Shown here piece after piece: positions 21,146 to 29,466 of a DNA stretch of 42,278 bases (the first letter of the stretch is position 1; the number at the start of each line of letters is the position of its first letter). A program made the translations under genes and the position numbers. This DNA comes from a virus. The stretch lies in the IMG/VR virus record IMGVR_UViG_3300045988_021594; one strand, written 5' to 3'. The notes under the pieces were generated by a model that worked only from the letters and a program-made list of their open reading frames with translations, did no database searches and was not told the origin of the DNA.

Positions 21146-21580
21146 GGATAGGCTAAAATAATTACAAGCGATTCAGCGCTTTGAGCGCGACGCTTGCCAC
21201 GCAGCCTCCGAAACGGTTCCACCCGGCGGGTTTTCATGCTTTCCCGTTCCTTCCCCGTTTCGTGGGCTGCTTCTATGTGCGAGATTCCGAAACGGCTCCG
21301 CTCAGAGCTGCGCAACTTTGAGCGAATGGGGAAGGTTCGAGGCTTTCCTTTCCGCGCGGTTTGACTCCGCGATCTCGCCCCACAACGCGGGGCAGCTGTA
21401 CCCGCAACCGCATGACGCATGGGGCCCATCACCCCACCGGCAACACCTCCTTTCTGGCTTTTTCTTCTCTATGTCACACGCATTTTTCCATAACAGCAGA
21501 GCCGGAATCCTAAGCGCGCCGTTCCTTGCGCGCCGGATGTGCGTCAACAAAGCCCCGAGACCGCAAACCAGGGGCTTTTT
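21146..21580 (+). ncRNA. Candidate ~430-nt non-coding transcript (or a long 3' UTR)
   Basis: An extended -10, TGtTAAAAT (21131-21139), lies upstream. The terminator GCCCC (21552-21556) / GGGGC (21571-21575) plus TTTTT lies downstream. There is no credible ORF, and TCCGAAACGG(T/C)TCC is repeated at 21207 and 21286. Confidence 0.3.
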
Positions 21581-21592
21581 CAATGCTATGTG

Positions 21593-21663
21593 GCCGCCTG
21601 AGCGCAGTTTGGAGCGCGTGTCAGCTGAAATATTGCTGGCTGGTTCGAGCCCTGCAAGCGGCA
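21593..21663 (+). other. Degenerate tRNA-like element (pseudo-tRNA)
   Basis: The acceptor pairs 6 of 7 positions, the D-arm GCGC/GCGC is intact, and the T-arm and 3' acceptor are 22/22 identical to the tRNA at 29518-29539. The anticodon arm does not fold, and the element ends ATAT instead of CCA. Confidence 0.55.
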
Positions 21664-22252
21664 TATTCGATATTCTGACCGTTCGGATTTTCCGGGCGGT
21701 TTTTCTTTTGCACGGGAGGAGGAGCCCGCCGTGAGATATGGTGTGCCGTATCGTGGCAGTAAGAACAAAATCGCACAGTGGGTTGTCTCTAATCTTCCTG
21801 CTGGCGACACGCTGATTGACCTGTTTGCTGGTGGTTGTGCGGTCACGCACGCGGCATTACTGTCCGGCAAATGGAATTGCATTGTAGCAAATGACATTGG
21901 CGATGCACCGCAGCTGTTTATGGATGCTATTCATGGCAAGTATGCCAATGAAAAGCGCTGGATTAGCCGTGAAGATTTTCACCGTCTGAAAGAATCCGAC
22001 CCTTACGTTTCACTTTGCTGGAGCTTTGGAAATAATCGCACGGATTACCTCTACTCAAAAGAGATTGAACCGTGGAAAAAGGCTTTGCACTATGCAAGAG
22101 TATTTGGCGATACATCGCTTTTGCGTGAGTTCGGAATCAATTCGGACGGAAGTTCAAAGGACATCAAGCTAAACAACGGTGAATACAAAAAACTCTATTC
22201 ACAGTGGCTCGGACATCAAGCAAAACATAAAAGGCCCTATGATTTAGAACAT

Positions 22253-22342
22253 CTTGCAAGGCTAGAGAATCTTGAGCGCTTGCAGAATCTTGAGGGTCTG
22301 CAAAGGCTTGAGGGTCTGCAAAGGCTTGAGGGTCTGCAAATG
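22253..22342 (+). repeat. 18-bp in-frame tandem repeat within the methyltransferase (5 units; 2 exact, 1 differing at one base and 2 degenerate)
   Basis: CTTGAGGGTCTGCAAAGG lies at 22289, 22307 and 22325, with degenerate units at 22253 and 22271. It encodes the LEGLQR heptad-like run. Confidence 0.9.
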
Positions 22343-22389
22343 GATTACAGGGACGTACAAATTTCGTCAAATGCAGTTGTGTACGCAGA

Positions 22390-22397
22390 CCCCCCCC
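22390..22397 (+). repeat. Homopolymeric C8 tract at the frameshift point
   Basis: Read directly as GAC CCC CCC CTA TAA. Confidence 0.95.
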
Positions 22398-22643
22398 TAT
22401 AAACGAACGAAATGTACGGGATACAAATGCGATTTTGACCATGAAGCGTTTGAAAAGTGGCTTTCGGAAGTTCCGTTTATGGTGGTTGTCAGCGAGTATG
22501 AAGCGCCAAATGGATGCTTGGAAGTTGCAAGCATAAAGAAGCAATCTTCTATGGGCACTGGGAATAAAGGCGGGTCTAACACTGAAAAACTGTTTGTTCA
22601 AAAGCGATTTGTCGAACAGTATAAAAATTCATTTACATGAGAG

Positions 22644-23120
22644 GTGGTGGCGGTGAGTGCGAAGCGGCTGACAGACAGGCAAAAAAAGAAGATCGTTGCT
22701 GACTATGTGCAGCTGCAAAGCTACGCCAGAGCCGCCAAGCTGAACGACGTGGCAGAAAGCACCGTGCGGAAAATCGTGAAAGATAATCCCAAGTGTGCGG
22801 ATTTGTGCGCCTTAAAAAAAGAGCAGAACACACAGGACATGCTTTCCTACTTAGGCAGCAAGCGCGGGGAAGCACAGGATCTCCTCGGGCTGTACCTGAA
22901 AGCGATGGCAGATCCGGACAAAATCGCGGAAGCAACACTGCCGCAGCTGTCCACGGCGTTTGGCACCATCGTGGACAAGTTTGCTATGCTGGGAGACCAG
23001 AGCGGCATAGAAGCCCCGGACGATGGGCTTGTGGAGGCACTGAGCGCCGCCGCAGACCTCAGCCCGCCTGACGATGTGGATCTTCTGCCAAAGGAAGAGG
23101 ACGACCATGCGGAAAAGTAA
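22644..23120 (+). CDS. terS: Terminase small subunit (start may be the GTG at 22653)
   Basis: N-terminal HTH-like region LTDRQKKKIVADYVQLQSYARAAKLNDVAESTVRKIV and an acidic C-terminus. It lies directly upstream of terL and overlaps it. Confidence 0.7.
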   Translation: MVAVSAKRLTDRQKKKIVADYVQLQSYARAAKLNDVAESTVRKIVKDNPKCADLCALKKEQNTQDMLSYLGSKRGEAQDLLGLYLKAMADPDKIAEATLPQLSTAFGTIVDKFAMLGDQSGIEAPDDGLVEALSAAADLSPPDDVDLLPKEEDDHAEK

Positions 23121-24354
23121 CGGTTTTCGATGGAAAGCCCTCAGCCAGCGGCAAAAGCAGGTCCTGAGCTGGTGGACACCGCAGAGCGCATACAGCGGTT
23201 ACAACGGCATCATTGCTGATGGCGCTATCCGCTCGGGCAAGACCTTTGCCATGAGCTTCTCTTTTGTCCAGTGGGCTATGACCTGCTACAGCGGGCAGCA
23301 GTTTGCCATGTGTGGCAAGACCATTGCCAGCTTCCGGCGCAACGTGCTGGGCACACTCAAACAGCAGCTTGCGGCCCGTGGCTACAGCGTCAAGGAGCAT
23401 CGGGCAGAAAACTGCATGACCGTCAGCAAGAGCGGCAGAACCAACGAGTTTTACTTTTTCGGCGGCAAGGACGAGAGCAGCCAAGACCTGATCCAGGGCA
23501 TCACGCTGGCCGGGGCATTCTTTGACGAGGTGGCCCTGATGCCACAAAGCTTTGTCAACCAGGCCACGGCCCGCTGCTCCGTCACCGGGTCAAAGTTCTG
23601 GTTCAACTGCAACCCGGGTAGCCCACAGCACTGGTTTTATCTGGAATGGGTGCGGAAATGCCGCTCCCGCAAGATGATGTATCTCCACTTTACGATGGAT
23701 GACAACTTGTCACTTTCCGAGGACATCAAGGCCAGATACCGCAGCCAGTACAGCGGCGTTTTCTACCAGCGCTACATTATGGGCCTGTGGACAGTGGCAG
23801 AGGGCCTTGTATATGACATGTTCGACCCGAAAAAACACGTCATTGACGTGCTGCCGGAGCTGTCCCCCAAGAGCGCCTATGTGGCGTGTGACTTTGGCAC
23901 CCAGAACGCAACGGTGTTCCTGCTGCTCCAAAAACAGGCAGATGCAGACTGCTGGATCGTCACCCGGGAGTATTACTACAGCGGGCGAGAGCAGAAGCGG
24001 CAAAAGACCGTGGGAGAGTATGTTGCAGACCTCAAGGCGTGGATGAATGGTCTCAAGCCGGAGAGGATCATCGTTGACCCCTCTGCCCTGCCCCTGATTA
24101 CGGAACTGCGCAAGAATGGCTTTACCCAGACCCCCGCAAACAACGACGTTCTGAGCGGCATTCTGGACGTGCAGACCATGCTGCAGACCGGGCGGCTGAA
24201 GATCTACAAAGACTGCAAGCACACGCTGGAAGAGTTTGGCGTGTACGCTTGGGATCCGGACAAAGACGACACCGTGCTGAAGGTCAACGACCACTGCATG
24301 GACGCTATCCGTTATTTCGTGCGCACAAAGCGCCTTGTGAAACTGAGGGATTGA
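23107..24354 (+). CDS. terL: Terminase large subunit (PBSX/XtmB-like)
   Basis: Walker A reads DGAIRSGKT, and the Walker B-like motif is AGAFFDE. Nuclease-region motifs include VNDHCMDAIRY. Start is M12 of track ORF 23074-24354. Confidence 0.9.
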   Translation: MRKSNGFRWKALSQRQKQVLSWWTPQSAYSGYNGIIADGAIRSGKTFAMSFSFVQWAMTCYSGQQFAMCGKTIASFRRNVLGTLKQQLAARGYSVKEHRAENCMTVSKSGRTNEFYFFGGKDESSQDLIQGITLAGAFFDEVALMPQSFVNQATARCSVTGSKFWFNCNPGSPQHWFYLEWVRKCRSRKMMYLHFTMDDNLSLSEDIKARYRSQYSGVFYQRYIMGLWTVAEGLVYDMFDPKKHVIDVLPELSPKSAYVACDFGTQNATVFLLLQKQADADCWIVTREYYYSGREQKRQKTVGEYVADLKAWMNGLKPERIIVDPSALPLITELRKNGFTQTPANNDVLSGILDVQTMLQTGRLKIYKDCKHTLEEFGVYAWDPDKDDTVLKVNDHCMDAIRYFVRTKRLVKLRD

Positions 24355-24356
24355 TT

Positions 24357-25739
24357 TTGAGCACTGTATACACATTCCAGACCTTCCAGCAGGCGCAAGC
24401 CGCCGGGGAACAGCCTGATTTCATCCGGCGATTCGTGCAGCAGCACTGCGCTTCCAAGCCCTACAAGATGGCGCTGGACGCTGATTTGTACGATGCCCAG
24501 AAAAACCCGGGGGCTGAACGCTTCGCGCAGGCTTACGCTTTGATGCTGAAGCGCCTATCCAAAAACACCAAGCAAGACATCCTACACCCCGATATGGTCA
24601 AGAGTAATCTTTTCCGGCGGCTCAACAAGCAGCGGGCGACCTACTCCCTCGGCAACGGCGTGGTCTTTGCGGACGATGGCGTGGACAAGGGCAAGCTGGG
24701 GCAAAACTTTGATGAGCAGATCCAGAAAGCCGGATATTTTGCCCTGATCCACGGTGAGAGCTTTGGATTCTGGAACAACGACCATCTGGTGGTGTTCAAG
24801 CTGACCGAGTTCGCACCCCTGTACGATGAAAAGACAGGCCTTTTGCAGGCGGGTGTGCGCTTCTGGCGGCTGAATCCTGACACGGATATGCACTATATCC
24901 TGTACGAGCTGGACGGCTTTACCGAGTACACGGAAAGCAAAATCGGCAATGTGATGCAGGAGACCGTGCCGAAGCAGGCATACAAGAGCGTGACCGTCAC
25001 CACACCCGGCGGCGGGCTGGAAAGCGTAGAGGGCGAAAACTACAGTGCCCTGCCCATTGTGCCGCTGTGGGGCTCAGACCTGCACCAGAGCACCCTTGTG
25101 GGGCTGAAAGCCTACATTGACAACACCGATCTGGTGATGTCTGGCTTCTGCAATGACCTGCAGGACTTTTCGCAGATTTACTGGCTGTGCGAGAACTTCA
25201 ACGGCATGACCGATGGCGAGCTGCAGGAGTTCCTTGTCAAGCTGAATCTGTACCACATTGCAGGCGCAGACACCAGCGAGGGCGGCAAGATCACGCCCTA
25301 CACCACCGAGATCCCTGTGACGGCCCGGCAGGCTCTTTTGGAGCTGCTCCACACCCGGGTGTATGAGGACTTCGGCGGTCTGGATGTGCACTGCGTCAGC
25401 GCGGACAGCACCAACGACCATCTGGATGCAGCCTATGAGCCGCTGAACCAGAATGCGGACGACTTCGAGGCGCAGGTCAAGCCGTTCATCCGGCAGATCT
25501 GCGCGCTGGCTGGCTTTGACAACGCCATGCTGACATTCAACCGCAGCAAGATCACCAACACAGCTGAGCAGGTCAGCATGGTGATTTCCGAGGCGGCGAT
25601 CATCGGGCAGGACATGGCCATTGACCTGCTGCCCAACCTGACCCCGGAACAAAAGGAGCAGGCCAAGGCCACGCTGATGGCCGAGAGCGCAACACGGGAG
25701 ACCGTAGACGAGGAGGACGACGACGGTGATGAAACGTGA
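24357..25739 (+). CDS. Portal protein (SPP1 gp6-like)
   Basis: GAGGGA SD precedes the TTG (L37 of track ORF 24249-25739). The size, the acidic C-terminus and the position between terL and the MuF-like gene all fit. Confidence 0.8.
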   Translation: MSTVYTFQTFQQAQAAGEQPDFIRRFVQQHCASKPYKMALDADLYDAQKNPGAERFAQAYALMLKRLSKNTKQDILHPDMVKSNLFRRLNKQRATYSLGNGVVFADDGVDKGKLGQNFDEQIQKAGYFALIHGESFGFWNNDHLVVFKLTEFAPLYDEKTGLLQAGVRFWRLNPDTDMHYILYELDGFTEYTESKIGNVMQETVPKQAYKSVTVTTPGGGLESVEGENYSALPIVPLWGSDLHQSTLVGLKAYIDNTDLVMSGFCNDLQDFSQIYWLCENFNGMTDGELQEFLVKLNLYHIAGADTSEGGKITPYTTEIPVTARQALLELLHTRVYEDFGGLDVHCVSADSTNDHLDAAYEPLNQNADDFEAQVKPFIRQICALAGFDNAMLTFNRSKITNTAEQVSMVISEAAIIGQDMAIDLLPNLTPEQKEQAKATLMAESATRETVDEEDDDGDET

Positions 25740-26818
25740 TTTCTGACCGTGACCGTATCTCTACCCGCCAGCTGAACCGCCTGCGCCGCCGCATTTTGCG
25801 GGTATACGGCACTGCCCGCCGGGAGATGACCGAGCAGCTCACCGAGTTTCTTGGGAAGTACCGAGCGTTGGACGAGCGCAAGCGGGCGCAGCTGGATGCG
25901 GGAGAGATCACCGAAGAGAATTACCGCATCTGGCTGCAAAATCAGGTCTTTCAGTCCGATTTGATGCGCAAGAAGCTGGACGGCATCACCCAGACCTGCA
26001 CCACAGCCCAAGAGACGGCCTACAAGCTGGCCCGGGACGAGCAATACAATATCTTTTCCTTTGGCGCAAACTGGGCTTTCTATGAGCTGGAACAGGCCGC
26101 AGGCGTGACGTTCGGGCTGACCCTGTACAACACCGAAGCGGTCAAGCTGCTGCTGAAAGAGAACCCCCGCATGGTGCCAAACAAGCGCATCAAGAGCGAG
26201 AGCAACCGAACCTATGACGCCCGGGTGTTCAACCGCTACGTCATGCAGGGCATCGTGCAGGGCAAGAGCGTCCACAACATTGCTGTGCAAGCCGTCAACG
26301 GCATGGCTGATACAGAGATCCACTGGGCCATGAACAACGCCATCACGGCGCTCACAGGGGCCCAGAACGCCGGGACCCTGCAGCAGCTGCGCAACGCCCA
26401 GGCTCTTGGCATTGATGTGCAAAAGCGGTGGAACTCCACCCACGACTACCGTACCCGTGAGACCCACCGCCTTCTGGATCAGCAGACCGCCGACCTTGAC
26501 GAGCCGTTTAAGGTGCAGGGCTACGAGATCATGTACCCGGGAGACCCCAACGCGGCCCCGGAGATGGTTTACCACTGCCGCTGTGTGCTGTCCTCTGCGC
26601 TGGTCAAGTACCCCCGGCAGAACGCCATGCAGCGGGAAAACATTGTCACATATGAGGATACAGGAATGGTAAATGCCAAGGGAAAGCCGATCAAGGTGGC
26701 CGTAAAGAAAGCGGTTCCGGCTATGACCTACACCGAGTGGTATAAATCCAAGGGCGGCAAAGAGAAAGAGCAAATGTGGTGGGCGGAAGAGCGCAAGAGG
26801 AAGAGGGCGAAAAAATGA
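25736..26818 (+). CDS. Head morphogenesis protein (SPP1 gp7 / Mu F-like)
   Basis: The motif THDYRTRETHRLLDQQ...PGDPNAAPEMVYHCRC is present. GTGA overlap with the portal gene. Confidence 0.8.
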   Translation: MISDRDRISTRQLNRLRRRILRVYGTARREMTEQLTEFLGKYRALDERKRAQLDAGEITEENYRIWLQNQVFQSDLMRKKLDGITQTCTTAQETAYKLARDEQYNIFSFGANWAFYELEQAAGVTFGLTLYNTEAVKLLLKENPRMVPNKRIKSESNRTYDARVFNRYVMQGIVQGKSVHNIAVQAVNGMADTEIHWAMNNAITALTGAQNAGTLQQLRNAQALGIDVQKRWNSTHDYRTRETHRLLDQQTADLDEPFKVQGYEIMYPGDPNAAPEMVYHCRCVLSSALVKYPRQNAMQRENIVTYEDTGMVNAKGKPIKVAVKKAVPAMTYTEWYKSKGGKEKEQMWWAEERKRKRAKK

Positions 26819-26973
26819 ATCCTGCCGAAAATTTTGAGAAGCTTGCAAAGGCATTTTACAATGCCGGCGGAACCGCTAAAAATTTCGCCGAAGCGGTCAG
26901 GAAGGCTGAAAAGGCAGCGAACCGTCCCGATTGGCCGAAAACTTATTTTGAACGCAAGAGAAAGAAGGGATGA
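26815..26973 (+). CDS. Small basic hypothetical protein (52 aa)
   Basis: ATGA overlap with the upstream gene (M14 of track ORF 26776-26973). Confidence 0.5.
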   Translation: MNPAENFEKLAKAFYNAGGTAKNFAEAVRKAEKAANRPDWPKTYFERKRKKG

Positions 26974-26976
26974 ACT

Positions 26977-27600
26977 GTGATCTTGCCGATGGAAAACACC
27001 GAGAAAATGATTTTTCCGGGCGTTGGCAAGTATGGCATCCCTGAAATCAGGCCGGAAACGGACATCCGCATTGACAAGCTGGAATGGATCCCGGTCAATT
27101 ATGCGCTGACGGCCAAAGACAAGGCCACAAAAGGCGTGCATTTTTACAAGGACGACTATCAGTTTGAACGGTTCTGGAACAACCCGGATAAGTACATCCC
27201 GCTGCTGCAGCAGTTTGGGGCTGTGTGCTCCCCGGACTTTTCTCTTTACATCGATATGCCGCTTGCGGTGCAGATTTTTATGCACTACAAAAAACACTGG
27301 TTGGCTGCTTACTGGCAGATGCACGGTATCCATGTGATTCCTACGCTCTGCTGGTGCGGCGAGCAAAGTTATGACTGGTGTTTTGACGGTGAGCCCAGAA
27401 ACGCCATCGTGAGCATTTCGAGCCACGGCACGCAGTCTGACCCATACGAAGCAGAATGCTTTGCCAAACACTGCCGCAAGGCACTTGAGGTGCTGCAACC
27501 AAGCAGCATTTTGTGGTACGGAAAGTGCCCGGCGGAGTTTGACTGGAACGTGACCAAAATTAAGCCATTTCAATACGAAAGGAGGCACTACCGTGAGTAA
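26977..27600 (+). CDS. DUF4417-like protein
   Basis: The pattern HFYKDDYQFERFWNNPDKYIPLLQQF...SPDFSLY...HGIHVIPT matches DUF4417, recalled from memory. Confidence 0.65.
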   Translation: MILPMENTEKMIFPGVGKYGIPEIRPETDIRIDKLEWIPVNYALTAKDKATKGVHFYKDDYQFERFWNNPDKYIPLLQQFGAVCSPDFSLYIDMPLAVQIFMHYKKHWLAAYWQMHGIHVIPTLCWCGEQSYDWCFDGEPRNAIVSISSHGTQSDPYEAECFAKHCRKALEVLQPSSILWYGKCPAEFDWNVTKIKPFQYERRHYRE

Positions 27601-28147
27601 AAGAGGTTCTGGCAGATCCGAGAGAGCGGGCGAGGTCGCAACTAACGCCCGAAACATCGAAAATATGAACGAAGCCCAGTTGAATAAGGAAATTGCCAGG
27701 GCCAAAAAGAAAATCGGAAGCTACGACAAGGCTATGTCCGAATCTCAAAAGCGCACCCAATTTGAGAGAATGGATAGAGTTGTCGATAAGGCCGTTTCTT
27801 TCACGTCTGCTTACGACAAAAAACAATCCGCGCAAAACCGACTCTCTGAGCTTCAAAAAGCCAAAAAACAGGTTTCCGGCACTTGGAAAACTCAAAGCCA
27901 GCTTTCAAAATCAGAAAAAGCAGCAGTCACAAAAAGTGGCAACACCCTGAAATGGAAAACAACCAACAAGGGCGGTTATACGGCTGACGGCGGGTATATG
28001 TCAAAAGAAATCAGCGCTGGAAGCTATAAAATCCGTGGTTCTAGCGGCGTTTTCCGCATCTATGACGGTTCAAAACAAATTGGAGGCGCGTCAAAGCTGA
28101 GCGACGCAAAAGCATTTGTGGAGGTTTGGCGTAAGAAAAAGAGGTGA
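27593..28147 (+). CDS. Basic hypothetical protein (184 aa)
   Basis: GAAAGGAGG SD precedes the GTG. Confidence 0.65.
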   Translation: MSKRGSGRSERAGEVATNARNIENMNEAQLNKEIARAKKKIGSYDKAMSESQKRTQFERMDRVVDKAVSFTSAYDKKQSAQNRLSELQKAKKQVSGTWKTQSQLSKSEKAAVTKSGNTLKWKTTNKGGYTADGGYMSKEISAGSYKIRGSSGVFRIYDGSKQIGGASKLSDAKAFVEVWRKKKR

Positions 28148-28152
28148 GCTAG

Positions 28153-28413
28153 ATGCACGACTGCGAATACTGCGAAATGATTAGAACGGGCGAAGAAAAT
28201 GAAAAAGAACTGGTTGGCGATGAGTGGGCACAGCTACACATCGGGTGCGATGAAGACTATAAAATTTATCTGAAAGCCAACGGTATCTACGACGTTACTT
28301 GGTATCCAAACTTCTGCCCGGTTTGCGGACATGATTTAAGGCCCATCAACCACCCGGAATCTGCCCCTAGTTTGGCTGAGAGATTTTTATGGTTAGAGCG
28401 TGATTTAGGATAA
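28153..28413 (+). CDS. Small zinc-ribbon protein
   Basis: CEYC...CPVCG is present; the segment is lower in GC. Confidence 0.6.
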   Translation: MHDCEYCEMIRTGEENEKELVGDEWAQLHIGCDEDYKIYLKANGIYDVTWYPNFCPVCGHDLRPINHPESAPSLAERFLWLERDLG

Positions 28414-28428
28414 AAACGGAGCGAAAAC

Positions 28429-28641
28429 ATGAAAACAACTAACGTTCGTGTTGAGTATCATTTGGCAGAAGCGGACCGAGACCTTTTGCGAGGATTTATT
28501 ACTGCTGTTGATTTTTTAAGAGGAGAGACAATAAATCGCCCCGCATCAGAAAAAGACCTTATTGGTCAGATTTTGGCCAAAGCGGAACAGAATCGCATCT
28601 TGATGGATCAGATCACAAACCGAGATAATCATGAACTTTAA
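28429..28641 (+). CDS. Hypothetical protein (70 aa)
   Basis: An ORF with a modest SD (ACGGAG). Confidence 0.5.
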   Translation: MKTTNVRVEYHLAEADRDLLRGFITAVDFLRGETINRPASEKDLIGQILAKAEQNRILMDQITNRDNHEL

Positions 28642-29083
28642 CTACGACATCAAATTCACCGACAACACCCCGCAGCTGCATGAGGCGCTAGACTCATGGA
28701 CAGAGCGGGTGCTGACCATTTGGGGCATGAAAGTGCAGGACTACGCCCAGCTGCTTGTGCCCACAGGCACGGCAGACAGCACTGGCATTGAGGGCTACGT
28801 TGGCGGCGCGCTCAAGCAGAGCCTGACCTTTGCCCTCGACCTCGCAAAAAAGACCGTGACTATCGGCAGCAATCTGTTTTACAGCGTCTATGTGGAGCTT
28901 GGCACGGGCATCTTTGCCGAGAAAGGCAACGGACGCAAAACGCCGTGGGTCTGGAAGGACTTCAACGGCAAGTGGCACTTTACCCGGGGCATGAAAGCCC
29001 GCCCCTTTCTGCGCCCGGCGGTGGAAGACCACATTGACGAGCTGCGAGAGATTGCAGTGGAAGAAGCAAGCAAGGAGGCTTAA
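28631..29083 (+). CDS. HK97 gp10-family tail-completion-like protein, displaced upstream of the capsid genes
   Basis: The motif YSVYVELGTG...ARPFLRPA is present. Confidence 0.6.
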   Translation: MNFNYDIKFTDNTPQLHEALDSWTERVLTIWGMKVQDYAQLLVPTGTADSTGIEGYVGGALKQSLTFALDLAKKTVTIGSNLFYSVYVELGTGIFAEKGNGRKTPWVWKDFNGKWHFTRGMKARPFLRPAVEDHIDELREIAVEEASKEA

Positions 29084-29085
29084 GC

Positions 29086-29427
29086 ATGGGAATTTCTTTC
29101 AAAGACACTATTTTGCATATGTTCGTCAAAGACAAAGTTGAACAGAAACCTAGAGAAGAGCTTTCCAACGAAGAGCTGATAGAAGAGGCTCAATGGCTTT
29201 GGAGGCTTTATGAAGGGCTCCTAAAAGAATTGCGAAGAAGAGGCGCAGGGAACGCAGAAAGAGCAAAACTGCAAAAAATGAGCCCGGAGGATTTTTGGGG
29301 TCAAGCAAGAATTGCCAAAGAAGAGCTTGGTTTGCTTTACGAGTCTACTGGCATGAGCCCTGCGCAAATCAAAATCGTTGTTGAATGGGCTGGCAATTAT
29401 AACGTCAGTTCTCATGTTGAAATTTAA
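29086..29427 (+). CDS. Hypothetical protein (113 aa)
   Basis: AAGGAGG SD. Confidence 0.6.
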   Translation: MGISFKDTILHMFVKDKVEQKPREELSNEELIEEAQWLWRLYEGLLKELRRRGAGNAERAKLQKMSPEDFWGQARIAKEELGLLYESTGMSPAQIKIVVEWAGNYNVSSHVEI

Positions 29428-29432
29428 TACCT

Positions 29433-29466
29433 AGCGGTTGGCGCACAGCGTCAGCCGCTTTTTTAT
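29433..29466 (+). terminator. Intrinsic terminator immediately before the tRNA
   Basis: An imperfect GC-rich stem, GCGGTTGGCGC / GCGTCAGCCGC, is followed by TTTTTT. Confidence 0.5.

Larger units (their letters stand above)
21731..22640 (+). pseudogene. Dam-like (D12-class) N6-adenine DNA methyltransferase interrupted by a frameshift in a C8 tract at the DPPY motif
   Basis: Frame 1 (21731-22402) carries YRGSKNK and DLFAGG and ends ...VYADPPL-stop. Frame 2 (to 22640) reads PPYKRTK...SEYEAP. One C fewer would give VYADPPY in a single 302-codon frame. Confidence 0.85.

Noticed and set aside
21142-21432. 96-aa Arg-rich minus-strand ORF behind a strong AAAGGAGGTG SD
   Set aside because: The SD spacing to its GTG is long (12 nt) and the product is extremely basic and low-complexity, typical of random translation of GC-rich DNA. 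It is kept only as a note inside the ncRNA-region finding.
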